Below, piece after piece: positions 14,105 to 26,072 of a DNA stretch of 64,000 nucleotides. The stretch covers positions 44,950,001 to 45,014,000 of the forward strand of contig OZ024745.1 of assembly GCA_964016885.1 (NCBI GenBank), written 5' to 3'. The position numbers and the translations under genes were made by a program. The notes under the pieces were generated by a model that was given only the letters and a program-made list of their open reading frames with translations, was not told the origin of the DNA and did not search any database. This DNA comes from Eledone cirrhosa (lineage: Eukaryota). Numbering within the stretch: the stretch's first letter is position 1; each line of letters starts with the position of its first letter.

Positions 14105-14597
14105 ATCATTATCATCATCATTACCATTTAATGTCTATTTTCCATGCTAGCATAGGTTAGATGAGTTGTCCCACAATGAGACAAGTCAGGTCAGATGACC
14201 ATGTCTTGTTCATACAGAACTGTCTCTGACTTGGTTTCTATGGCTGGATACCCCTCATAACGCCAACCACATTTACACTGTGGACATTTACACTGTGGAC
14301 CAAGATAAAAAGCACCAAGTCCAGTGCTTTTTATCTTGGCACCAACATGACCACTTTACAAAAACTGGGTGTTTTTTTTGTCATGTCACTAACTTTACAG
14401 CATTGACTGGATGATTTTTATCGTGGCTCCAAAATGACCACTTTACAGTGTGGACTGGGTGCTTTTTGTCATGTCACCAACACAACCACTTTACAGTGTT
14501 GACTGGGTGCTTTTTATTGTGGCTCTGAAATGACCACTTTACAGTATGGATTAGGCACTTTTTGATGTGTCACCAGCTTGACCACTTTACAGTGTAA
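14105..14597 (-). mobile_element. RTE-tail-derived element with internal ~40-bp tandem repeats
   Basis: Starts at an (atc)n tail, contains tttctatggctggataccct, then repeated accactttacagtgtggactgggtgctttt units. Confidence 0.65.
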
Positions 14598-15290
14598 AAA
14601 AAGTTGCTCTCAGCTGCTATGAGGAATTGAATGATATATCTCCCAGATACTGGTTTGGTGCTTTAAACCATTAAGCTAAGGGATCATGACTAATAGTTTG
14701 CTAATCTGCTGGGCTCAAGTATTCTCAGAAATAATGAAACTGGTACGAGATTGCCAACTATTATAGAAATTATGCAGTTAGAGCCATATATCCATATATC
14801 TTCTCTCATTTCCTCTCTCTCTAGATCTGTGTAATTGTTATAGTGCAATAGCTTCTGTTAAATCAGTTGGTAATTTGGATAGATTGGTCCTTTGCTTGAT
14901 AGATTTAATTCTTTATATCCTGAACAATATAAAGCCACATTAGCAAGATATCCTTGAAAAATATAAAATGCCAATAAACATTGAAGCCTTTTATTCACAA
15001 CAGCATTTATTCACAACAATCTGTTCTTTGGTAAAGATACTATAAAAATTTGAATTAACAAATTCATTTTTTAAAGATATTTACTGCTAAATCATTATAG
15101 GGTGTTAAGAGTTAATATTAGCTCCCACCTTTAATAGATTTGCCTAGGAGAATATTTCTGATGAAAAAAAATCATTACTTTAAATTATTTAATTAGTTTT
15201 ATAATAAGTCTTTTAATTAGTTTGAAAATTATGAAATCAAAACTGTATTTTAGAAGTCATTAATAATTGAATATTTTATCAAAAAAAAAG

Positions 15291-15389
15291 CTGATTCCAC
15301 CGATATCATCTTTGAATCCAATTGCTACTCTCATACCATTATTGACTGTTCTGACAGTCAGTGCACTAAAAAGTGGTATTGATGACATA
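15291..15389 (+). CDS. ATP8B: ATP8B-like TM1-2 loop/TM2 exon, copy A: LIPPISSLNPIATLIPLLTVLTVSALKSGIDDI (putative mutually exclusive exon)
   Basis: 99 nt, phase 0-0, no stop, AG at 15289-15290, gtaagt donor at 15390. Paralogous to 21653-21751 (15/33 identical aa) and to the ATP8B 'LIPQISSL...TT..PL..VL.ITA.KDA.DD' segment. Confidence 0.85.
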
Positions 15390-15489
15390 GTAAGTGAAAT
15401 TTAGGTGTATATGATTTAATGATAGCTTTGGTTGGTTCTGAAAAGTTTAACTGTTGAATTATATATATACCTATATATCTATATATATA

Positions 15490-15561
<72 letters not shown>

Positions 15562-15807
15562 ATCATTTATTGTTATTTTTTTTTGCAAATAAAGAAATTT
15601 GAGTACTTGTGGTGTTTGTAAGCATAAAATAATAAGTTTCCTTGATCATCAATTACATAAATTTCTTTTATGAAATGTTAGATAGAATAAATTATAAGTT
15701 TTGAGATAATTTCCTAATCAAATAAATCTGAGTTCAGTTTTAATTTCAAGTTATGAAATTAAAGTTTGTATTTATATTTACATCTAATGCATGAATTAAA
15801 TCCCCTT

Positions 15808-15838
<31 letters not shown>

Positions 15839-17134
15839 AACAAAGGATCTTTAGGTTTCTTGTCTATGCAAGAATCTGGACATTAGAAAGTACATGACTC
15901 AAGCTCTCTTACTGACATTGTTCTTCACACATACCAAGGAATCTACAATTCAAACTGCCTCCAAATACTTGCAAATAAGTAGTTTCAAATCCACAGTTGA
16001 ATGGTATCATGATCATCATTGTTGTTGCTTTTATGCCTACTTGACCATGTAGGCATGGGTTGGATGAGACTTTTTGAGGCAGGTTTTTTATGGCCAGATG
16101 CTCTTGATGTTAGCCCCTACTGGGGTTCCACTTACCCTCCCCACCAGTAAGTGGAACTCCAGCAGCACAAAAAAGCAAAAGCTGTTAAATGGGTGGACTA
16201 ACTCCTCAGCATCAACGGCCAGCCATCCCAACTATGGGTTAAATAACCTTACCAGCCTGCAATTGATTAAGCATGACCAAAACCAAACAGAAAGCTGGAG
16301 CTCAACCAGGGAGGGGGTTCCTCCAACAGGAGTGTAAAAGCCTTGGATTGGATTGGATACAACTTGTCTTATTTAAACTGTATTTCAATAATTTAAATAT
16401 GAACACTTTAGTATGGGTGCTATCAGATTGGTTAGTATTAAAATAGTTAAGCCCTGTATGAATCTTGCAATGAATTATTGTAAAGCTGTGATCATATCAC
16501 ACTAGCCATGAAAATGCTTGACAGCTGTTTCTGTATTTTTATCTGCCATTGCTGACATTTACTCACTTATTACTGAAACAAGAATAGGCTAATGCCTATA
16601 TGGCTTTTGCATATGTAACATTGGCTAGAGATGTTTATTTGCATACAGTGCAAACTTGACTGGTTAGGGGTTAATTAGATGTAGTACTAACATAGCGTTA
16701 GACTAAGCAAAGAAAAATAAAGTTTTCTGTCTTGTATGAATTTTAAAATGTAAATATTGTTCAATGAATAAAATTTGTGATTGAAACTGGCTCTGGAACT
16801 GAAATCAGTTGTTTAATTCTAATCTATATTATTGACAGAGATTTGTTGGCATCAAAAACACACAACACTCAGATTTCTTATGTTTGTATTGATGTTATTT
16901 TTAGAATTGTCTGTGAAGTTTATTTGCAACCAAGAATGTTACTCTAACCAATTTATCACCATATTTCTAATGAAAGACAAATGTCTATGATTTTCACATC
17001 ATTTGAAAATCATTGGCGATTAGTACAAAAACAAATGAGGTAGCCATGATTATTTCTGCAATGAAATGAAATGAAACAAAAAATAGTATAATTTATTTTG
17101 TATGAACTAATTTCTTTTTATTGTGTACTGTAAA

Positions 17135-17168
<34 letters not shown>

Positions 17169-17343
17169 GTAATAATAATAAATTTGAAGACTAAAATCCA
17201 AAGAGGGCTCGATAAGGATAAATATATATCAAATATATAAGAACCGTAGAGCAAATACAGATTGACTTTGTTAGTTTCAGAAGATCCTGTTAAGGGTGAA
17301 AGCAGTGATTCTTTGCTTAAACTTTAATCTGTTATTTTAATAA

Positions 17344-17382
<39 letters not shown>

Positions 17383-17387
17383 GTATA

Positions 17388-17904
17388 TTGGGTTGGATAG
17401 AAAGTTCCCAGTGTTTTTCAAAAGGAAGTATTTTGGTAGAGTTGTCTGGAAATGTTAAAGATTGTGTATGTGCACATATATGTGACATTGGTGTGCACTA
17501 TGGCCATTTTTCATTTTCTGTTACGTCATCAAAGGGGAAGCAACATGGTTCTATCCAAGTTGTTTATTCATGGCTGTTTACTTTATGACTTCAAATCTAG
17601 TTTAAGCATTGCATTTAGGAGGACACTGAGAAGCTGCTGGAGTTAGGTTGGGATGTTCTGCACTACTTGCCATATTCACCTGACCTTGTGCCTACAGATT
17701 ATCACCTTTTTCTCTCAATGAGCAAAGCAATGCAGTAAAAGACATTTGCCAATGAAGACCAGTTAAAGCAGTGGTTGATGGAATTGTTTGTATCATAGCC
17801 AGAATAATTTAACTGGGATGGAATCATGTGCCTTCCTAAACGATGGCAGACGGTAATTGCAAATGATGGTGATTATTTTGGCGAGAACTTTCTGTCCAAG
17901 CTCA
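17388..17904 (+). mobile_element. Internally deleted mariner element with TIRs and transposase C-terminus remnant
   Basis: TIRs ta|ttgggttggatagaaagttc and gaactttctgtccaagctca|ta. 17640-17885 reads ELGWDVLHYLPYSPDLVPTDYHLF...LPKRWQTVIANDGDYF (mariner YSPDLAPxD motif) with stops. Confidence 0.9.
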
Positions 17905-17911
17905 TATATAT

Positions 17912-19000
17912 ATACAAGTTAATATAAATTAATATATGATAAACACAAAAGTGTTTGTATTGTAAAAGACGAAGTTAGCTAGAATGAAATAAACTAATTC
18001 AAATAAAAATATAGATTGCCTGTCTCGATCTAAACTAATAAATCAATAAAAGCAAACCCATATTGGCAAATAGCCATGGTACCTGGACAAATTTAAATTT
18101 CAAAATCCAAACCTTTTCCGCAGATCAATCTGAGCTTCAAAATCCAAACAAGTTTCGCAAACGATAGTATAAAAAGTGAAATATTCCAATTTTCTGTGCT
18201 TATCAACAGGTACCCAGAAAAATTTGGATACTTCACCTTGAAAAAATGTTGGAGGTCTGGTTACTAGCGCAATAAATTAGTTTATTTCATTCTAGCTAAC
18301 TTCATCTTTTACAATACAAACACTTTTGTGTTTATCATATATTAATTTATATTAACTTGTATTTCACGGCTCAGAAATGCTTCTTTCTTTGAGCTAATTA
18401 ATCGTAAAAGACTGTTTGAGTTTACAACTCTAAATATAATATAATATTACGGCTCCATACTGTTGAGCTAATTTTTAATCTCATATAAACGGCTGTTATT
18501 TCTAGCGCCATGAATATGAGATAGCTAGTGAGCTGGAAAACCTCGTGCAAATACCTCGTGCGTTTGCGCTAGTAACCAGACCTCCAAAATTTTTTAGAGG
18601 TGAAGTATCCAAATTTTTCTGGGTACCTGTTGATAAGCACAGAAAATTGGAATATTTCACTTTTTATACTATCGTTTGCGAAACTTGTTTGGATTTTGAA
18701 GTTCAGATTGATCTGCGGAAAAGGTTTGGATTTTGAAATTTAAATTTGTGCAGGTACCACGGCTATTTGCCAATATGGGTTTGCTTTTATTGATTTATTA
18801 GTTTAAATCGAGACAGGCAATCTATATTTTTATTTGAATTAGTTTATTTCATTCTAGCTAACTTCGTCTTTTACAATACAAACACTTTTGTGTTTATCAT
18901 ATATTAATTTATATTAACTTGTATTTCACGGCTCAGAAATGCTTCTTTCTTTGAGCTAATTAATCGTAAAAGACTGTTTGAGTTTACAACTCTAAATATA

Positions 19001-19009
<9 letters not shown>
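17912..19009. repeat. Complex fold-back: 361-bp inverted arms (17912-18272 / 18564-18924) plus a direct duplication (18275-18447 / 18837-19009)
   Basis: Arms read as near-perfect reverse complements. The direct copy begins aattagtttatttcattctagctaac at both positions. Confidence 0.9.
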
Positions 19010-19040
<31 letters not shown>

Positions 19041-19178
19041 TAAAACATTATATATACGGGGTCGATAAAATAAAGTACCAGTAATACACTGGGTAATTGC
19101 TGGCCTTGTGCCAAAAGTAGAAACATATATATATATATATATAAAACATAAGGTGCATCTTAAACTCTTTATTATCAT

Positions 19179-19210
<32 letters not shown>

Positions 19211-21652
19211 TCACACTCACAAAGCTCTATTCTGTAGGCATAATCCATCCCCTGTAACACTTGGTTCATAACAAACTTCTTTCATAATCATGGATATATT
19301 TCTACATTTACATTTATTTATTTATTTGGTTATATGGTTTTATATATAAAACCTTGTTGGGTTTGTTATTTAGAATTTTCTGCAATTGCAAAATGGCACA
19401 TACACATATACATACATACAATTTTATATATTGATTGAGGGAAATATTTTTTGGCGATGTTGTTCACTTGATGATTTTCTATAACACACACTCACACACA
19501 CAGTTGATTAATTAAAATAAAATATAGAACTAAATGTAGTATAGAATCAGGCTTTTAATCCGATTCCCGGAAAAAAATGTATATTTAATTAGACATAAGA
19601 ACTAATTTGTGACAGATAAACTAAAGACATTTATCCATTGTTTGCTGGGTTACTTCACTGATTACTTAAGAAGTGTTCTATAGTGAAATCGATAGCACAT
19701 CTATTTGGCAAATGATGGGTGATTTGAGGTCTGTCTGTGGGCTTATTTGTCTTTTCTGTTCAATATCATTTTACTTTGAAAGTCTTGTAGAGTTAATTAA
19801 TTTGTCACATATTTAATTAAACTTCTATTTAATTAAATGACTGAGATGTGTTGTTAAAAAGAATATTTCAGATAAACAGCTTCATCTTTAGAGATGAAAG
19901 ATGTTGTTGATAGTCTGAAAAATTGAATGCACATAAATTTAGAGATCCAATTAACACTTTTCATATGCCTGAAAATGCACCTGTTTCTTTGATAGAAAGC
20001 TGTTTTAAAGTGTTTTTATTTGTTAAATACCTTCCATAAAATTTTATTCAAGAACTCTTATTAAGTTATGCACTGTCAGATGAATAATGCTAGAGTTATT
20101 CAAAATGATTTGAAGATCATATGCAGTGTCTTTCATTAGAAATATTGTAATGTTATTTTTGACTTCCCAATGTTATAATTCTATTTGGTTTAAATTAACC
20201 CTTTTATGATGATATTTTTAATGAAATACATTGTATTCGAATTAATTAATAAGAATTTGGAAGGATTTACTAAAATTATTGATGGCATCTGTAACACTAC
20301 TTAATGAAAGCTTTTTAAATTAAATTATGTTGGAAAATTTAAATTTAAAATAGGTGGTTTTCTTTCAAAGAACAAACTCATAACTGGTGTGTTGTTCCAT
20401 ATAACATCTTTTCTTCAAAAGTATATCTGTTCTTTGATAATACCAACACGACTCTGTCAATGGTTCAGAGAAGGTATCCTTTAGTTATTTCACATTTACT
20501 TAATGTAAAAATGAAACTCAATATTTTTAGAGGGGGTAAAAGTAGAAATTCCGTAGTTGGTGCTTTCCCCATAAGTTTAATAAGGAAAATGACATAAACT
20601 AGTGATAATTGTCAATTTAATTCTTTCATTAACATATTTTTAATGAAAGGCACTATCTATAAATTTCAAATCATTTTGCATGGATTTAAAAATATAAATA
20701 AATTTCCCATTATTAATTTAGAGTTTGAAACATAACTTAACAAAGGTTCTTACATAAAATTAAGATGGAAGAATTTTACATAGATGTAAAGAGATCAGAG
20801 GGATCTTCAGTTGTGTCACAGGCATGACAACTTCTCTCGTGTTGGTGTGGGCAGTAATAAAACTCATACAGTACACTCTATGAAATAGTTGGTGATAGGA
20901 ATAGCATCCAGCCAAACATTCTGCCAAACAAAGGTTAGGAAGGACTCTTCAGTTGTGTCAAAGACATGACAACCTCCCTAGTGCTGGGGCTATTGTTAGT
21001 GGTGAAAATGGATGTTAAATCATGATGATAAACACTTTAAAATAAACTGCTTAGTATTCAAGTGCAAGAGGCAGTTTTAAGCAATTTGATATCGAAACGG
21101 TTACGCTGATACACCGGTTCAACTTGGTGGGAGTTTATGATTATCAATATGCAGAAAAAAATAAAACATTACTTTTAGAAATTATAGAAAATTATTGCAT
21201 GTACAAAAGAAAGAAAAATAAAACACCATCAGTGAACAACATTATTGAATGTAAAAAGCCTTTAAACATATTTACTGTCAGACTCATGTGAACAAGAAAA
21301 ATTTCTATATAAAACTTTCGAAGTATCATAATCTACAGTAATTTATCTATGGCAATGTAGTTTTTATAGAAAAACAAAATTTATTATCTTTAGTAGTAAA
21401 TACTTAAACTGTCTAGTAACTACCATTGAAACATAATTTTCATATTACAGCTGATTAATTGATGGATTTTTATCCAAATCAAAGGCTTCATAGCTTTGGC
21501 AGTAAATATGTCCAATAAACTCTGTCCAATCTGTGGTTGTCCTCTCATTACTATGGTGCTAAAATGTATATTAAAAAAAAATGGTTACTTTTTATTTATG
21601 CTACTTTTTTTCTTCTTTCATTATGATTTATTTTGGGGATTTTGCTTGCCAG

Positions 21653-21751
21653 TTCATCCCTGCGATCTCTCCTCTGACTCCTCTAACTACTATGATACCA
21701 ATGGTGGCAGTATTTGCCATTACTGCAATAAAGGATTTGGTAGATGACATT
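21653..21751 (+). CDS. ATP8B: ATP8B-like TM1-2 loop/TM2 exon, copy B: FIPAISPLTPLTTMIPMVAVFAITAIKDLVDDI (putative mutually exclusive exon)
   Basis: tttgcttgccAG acceptor, gtaagt donor at 21752, 99 nt, phase 0-0. Conserved ITAIKD-x-x-DD joins in frame to QRHRSD of the 54488 exon. Confidence 0.93.
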
Positions 21752-21772
21752 GTAAGTTTTGGTTCATACCTG

Positions 21773-21838
<66 letters not shown>

Positions 21839-21861
21839 ACACACACATCTACACACATATA

Positions 21862-22045
21862 TGAGGGTCAGCTGAAAAGTTCATAGGCTCACCAAGATAC
21901 TCTCATCGAATGACCAAATGAGGTTAATTTTTCAACATAGTCCCTGGAAAGAAACAATGCAATTATTAAGAAGAGGAGCTGAAATCAATGCATGCAAGAT
22001 TTCACAGCTCTAGCATCAGCCTATGAACTTTTCAGCTGACACTTA
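21862..22045. mobile_element. Mariner-type MITE
   Basis: TIRs tgagggtcagctgaaaagttcataggct / agcctatgaacttttcagctgacactta, flanked by TA. Confidence 0.85.
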
Positions 22046-22124
22046 TATATACCACATACATACCCTCATCTATATATATATATATTTATATACATACATA
22101 CCTTCATGTATATAAATATATGTA

Positions 22125-22185
<61 letters not shown>

Positions 22186-22189
22186 CATA

Positions 22190-22586
22190 CATATTTCTCT
22201 CTTTCCATTTACCCTCTCTCCTCTTTTTTGCCTGTTTCTATATCGTTCTTTCCCTCTATTACTCTCTTCTTACCCACCTTCTACTACATTCTTCTTTCAT
22301 TCATACTATCTTTCTATCTCTCTACTCCCTTCTCTCTCTCTTTCTTTCTGTCTTCCTCTCTCTATTTTCATATGATTCTTTCTCTTCTGATAGCTTTTAT
22401 GACTCGTATCTTCATCCATCTATCATCCTTTTCTGAATTCTATACATTTTCTCTATCCTCTTCTTTTAAATCCTCCATCCTCTCTCACCCCTCATTTTTA
22501 TTCTATCTCTTTTTACTTTCCCTCTTTTCCATGCTCGTTTATTTTTTGCTATGTTTCAACCACCCCTTCTCCACAAACAGGTAAGT
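22190..22586 (+). promoter_or_regulatory. Long pyrimidine tract ending in cAG|GTAAGT: candidate recursive splice site
   Basis: About 380 nt of C/T-rich sequence, then ccacaaacAG at 22579-22580 directly followed by a perfect GTAAGT. Confidence 0.45.
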
Positions 22587-23409
22587 TTGATTTTTCTGTT
22601 CTCCATAGATACAATTACCTTCAATTCTCACAATGTGACTTAAAAGAGCATACTGCTGATCTATTTATGGATATACTGATATTTTTGGCAATATTGATAG
22701 ACATTACAGAAATACTGTTTTATATAATTCCTGCATAGCACAGCACTGTTGCCAATTGGCTCAGCAAACAGCACATCCTGTATTTAGAGTGAAGATTTGA
22801 CACCTAAATCTCTATTTTATCACATATTATGTAATTACCAAATAGATTGAGTGTTGTGGTTTAAATTAGCATTGAAGTTCTAATTATTGTTATTCATATT
22901 ATTATTATTAGCAAAACCATGAGAGCATTGGATAGATTGCCTCGTGGTATTTAGTTTCAGCACTTTACTTTCTGAGTTCAAATCTTGCTGAGGCTGACTT
23001 CACTTTTCATTCCAATGTATTTAACACTGATACCACATATTCATAATTTTGTTTCTCCTGAGTATCTCTAAAAACATGCCTAAAGACTGTCCTAAGCAAT
23101 GCACAAATTCCACATCTTATCTAGAAAGTTACACCATTTCAAAATATTAATTTCCATTCCTCTAGTCTCTCCCAGTGGATGCAGCATAGCTGATTGTTTA
23201 ACCCTTTAACATTTACATTACTCTATATTTACTATTATATTTTAACGGTAAAGGCATTACCTCACATAATTATCTCACATAATATAGAATCTATGAGATT
23301 TTAATATTATTTATTTTGAGAACAATACCTTAACATCAGTATGAATAGCCAGCTACAGCCAGTTTGAACAGAAAGAGGTGACAGAATTCTGAAATTGTAT
23401 GCCATATTG

Positions 23410-24620
23410 CCAGTCAACTCAATCCTATGTCATTTTCTTCAGCTTTGTGAGGTTGCCCTTCACCACATCATCACAAATTTCCCTAGGTCTTCCTCTTCCA
23501 AAGATTCCATCAACTTCGAGCGCTCTACTATTCTTTATACAGCTGTCATCCTCCATACACATATGTCCATCCCAGTGCATCCAATCCTTATAATGCTTTG
23601 TCATTTGTGCATACTACTATTACACATCCATAGGAGCATTTTTGCCTCATTTCTTTCGAATCTTTGCAGATCCTCTACATTAAAGGCCCAAGTCTCATTT
23701 CTATGCAGCGTCACAGTTCACACACACACACACATCATACAATCTGCCTTTTATTCTGAAAGAAGAAGCTTTTGTAGCCCGGAGAGGTAATAGCTCCCTG
23801 AACTATTTGCACCCTATTCTCATTCTAGCAGCTGTACTTTCAGAATATCCATCTCCACTGCTACTTGAGACACTCAGATAATGTTTTCTTTATTAACCAC
23901 AAGGGTTTACATAAAGTAGACATTAAGGACAGTACAGGACAATACAGGACGGTACAAATGGGCATTTCTGCGTGTAAAAAAAACAGAGGATGAAATAAGA
24001 CACTCAGATAATGGAAGCTGCCAACCACTTCTAAGGAGCCATTATTGAATATTTGATAGTGCTTGATTCATGTGAGCTCTTGTTGCTTACACCTTTTATG
24101 CATCTGCCAAATACAACGTCTACATTTTTGGTTAGCATTTCAGGATGCTACATTGCTTGTGCATCCATAGCATTTTGTAGACTGTTTAGAATTTCTACCA
24201 ACTCCCTGTTTTGCATATTGAGCATGGTCATTTACCTCATAGAATAAGAGCCCTGTTACCTTTTCTACTTCCTAGGACTTTAGTCTTCCCTAAGTTGATT
24301 TCGAGGTCTTTTGATTTCAGATTTTGCTTCCAAGTCTGAATTTTTTTCTCTACAGATTCATCAATGAAAACTAGGTTATTTGTGTATAAGAGATACCATT
24401 GGCAGCAATTCTTAAACCCTTTGTTATGACCTAAGACAGAGAGGGGTGCTGACAGTGTCCTGGTGTACTCGTACCTGCATGTTCACCCTAATTTTGATGA
24501 TTTGCACCTCTACATTCACTCTAACTACACCAATTAACTACCCATTGTTTCTACTAGGAGAATGCCTACTCCAGACAACCCATGGCTGTTATCTACCCAG
24601 AAAACTCTGTTATTTTCCCA
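23410..24620 (-). mobile_element. Old degenerate RTE-LINE RT/C-terminal fragment
   Basis: Recognisable similarity to the better-preserved RTE copy at 59611-60880 (e.g. ggcccaagtctcatt / gcccaggtctcact and atagctccctgaac / ataagctctctgaac), with many stops. Confidence 0.65.
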
Positions 24621-24978
24621 TGAGGATTTTAACTGAGACTCCTTTCACATAATCTCTTGTATATAACACACATCAACTTACTTTCACTCTAGCGTTAATG
24701 GTGGCAGCTCTAAAGTTTTGGGACTCTCAAGAAGTGGGATGGTTTTATAAGATGGGTTGGAGTGGTTCGCTATGCCTGAAATATGTATGTTTATGGAGTA
24801 GATGGGTTTATAACTGAATATCTTTACAGTTATAAATAATATTATTAATAGGTGCAGTATATGGTTTAAGGTCCAGTTCTAATGTGTGATACCTTGGGCA
24901 AGTAACTTCCATCCACTCATTGCCTTGTGAGTAAATTTGCTTCAGGAAAACTGTACGCAGAGTAGTATTATATATATA

Positions 24979-25558
24979 TCATCATCATCATCATCACCGT
25001 TTTACGTCCGTTCTTCCACAATAGCATGGGTTAGACGGGTTGTCCTGTTGTGGGCAGTGTCCGGTCGGCTGACCTTGTCTTGCTCATACGGGAACTGATT
25101 CTGACTTGATTTCTACAGCTGGATGCCCTTCCTAACACCAACCTCATTTACAGTGAGTGCTGGGTGCTTTTTTTCCATGGTGCCTACATGTCGACTTTAC
25201 AGTGTGGCCTGGGTGCTTTTTTGTCGTGGCTCCTCCACGACCACTTTGTAGTGGGAGGATGTGGGGGCATATTGTCTATATGCTTCAGCTTTGGCTTGTA
25301 TCCGTGGGGGGTCGGGTCTTCTGTATTACTGCGTGACGCCAGAGGTCATGGTCGTGTGTCATCGCTTTTGAGAGGTGTAATTGGGTAAGATCGGCTTTTA
25401 TCACCTCATCCCAGGTCTTCTTGGGTCTTGCCACTCTGCGGTTTCCATCGACTTCTAGTGCTCTGCACCTTTTCATGCAGCTGTCATCCTTCATACGCAT
25501 CACATGTCCATACCAGCGCAACCGCTTCTCCTGCACACAGCATTTGATTCCTCTTATG
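24979..25558 (-). mobile_element. 5'-truncated RTE LINE 3' end
   Basis: ORF 25285-25536 'QEKRLRWYGHVMRM...RPKKTWDEVIKADL...LWRHAV' is an RTE C-terminus, followed by 3' UTR and a (GAT)n tail. Confidence 0.88.
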
Positions 25559-26072
25559 CTTATATATATATATATGTATATGAGCTAGATACTATCACCT
25601 GAGCTGATTTGTCTGGGACAACTCGTCTAACCCATGCTAGCATGGAAAAAAGGATGATGATGATTATCATTTTATGTTCTGCTTTCATGCTAACATGGGT
25701 TTGATGGGTTGTCGCAGACTGAGATGTGTTTGAGGATTGAATCTTGCTCAAACATTCCATTTTTGGCACAGTTTTTCTCTCTCTTCATATCATGATTATC
25801 ATATATATTACACACACGTATACATAGGCTGTATGAAATTACTTAGGTCATTGGATTTTTATTTTGGTGAATGATTTCACTTTCCAGTTCAAGAGTAACA
25901 AATTCCTGCATGATTTAAAGGTTGTCATGATGATCAAAACTATAATGAATGAAATGTTTGAAAGCATGCAATTATGAGCTGGGGTTCTGCCAAAGTTGTT
26001 AGAGATATTTGTCTCTACTTGACTGAGGAATAAAATAGCAGTATTAGAATACTGGAAATTGTATCTAGTGTG

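Noticed and set aside
15461-21830. (TA)n tracts shortly after both alternative exons as pairing elements
   Set aside because: (TA)n tracts occur throughout the window, so the coincidence carries little information.
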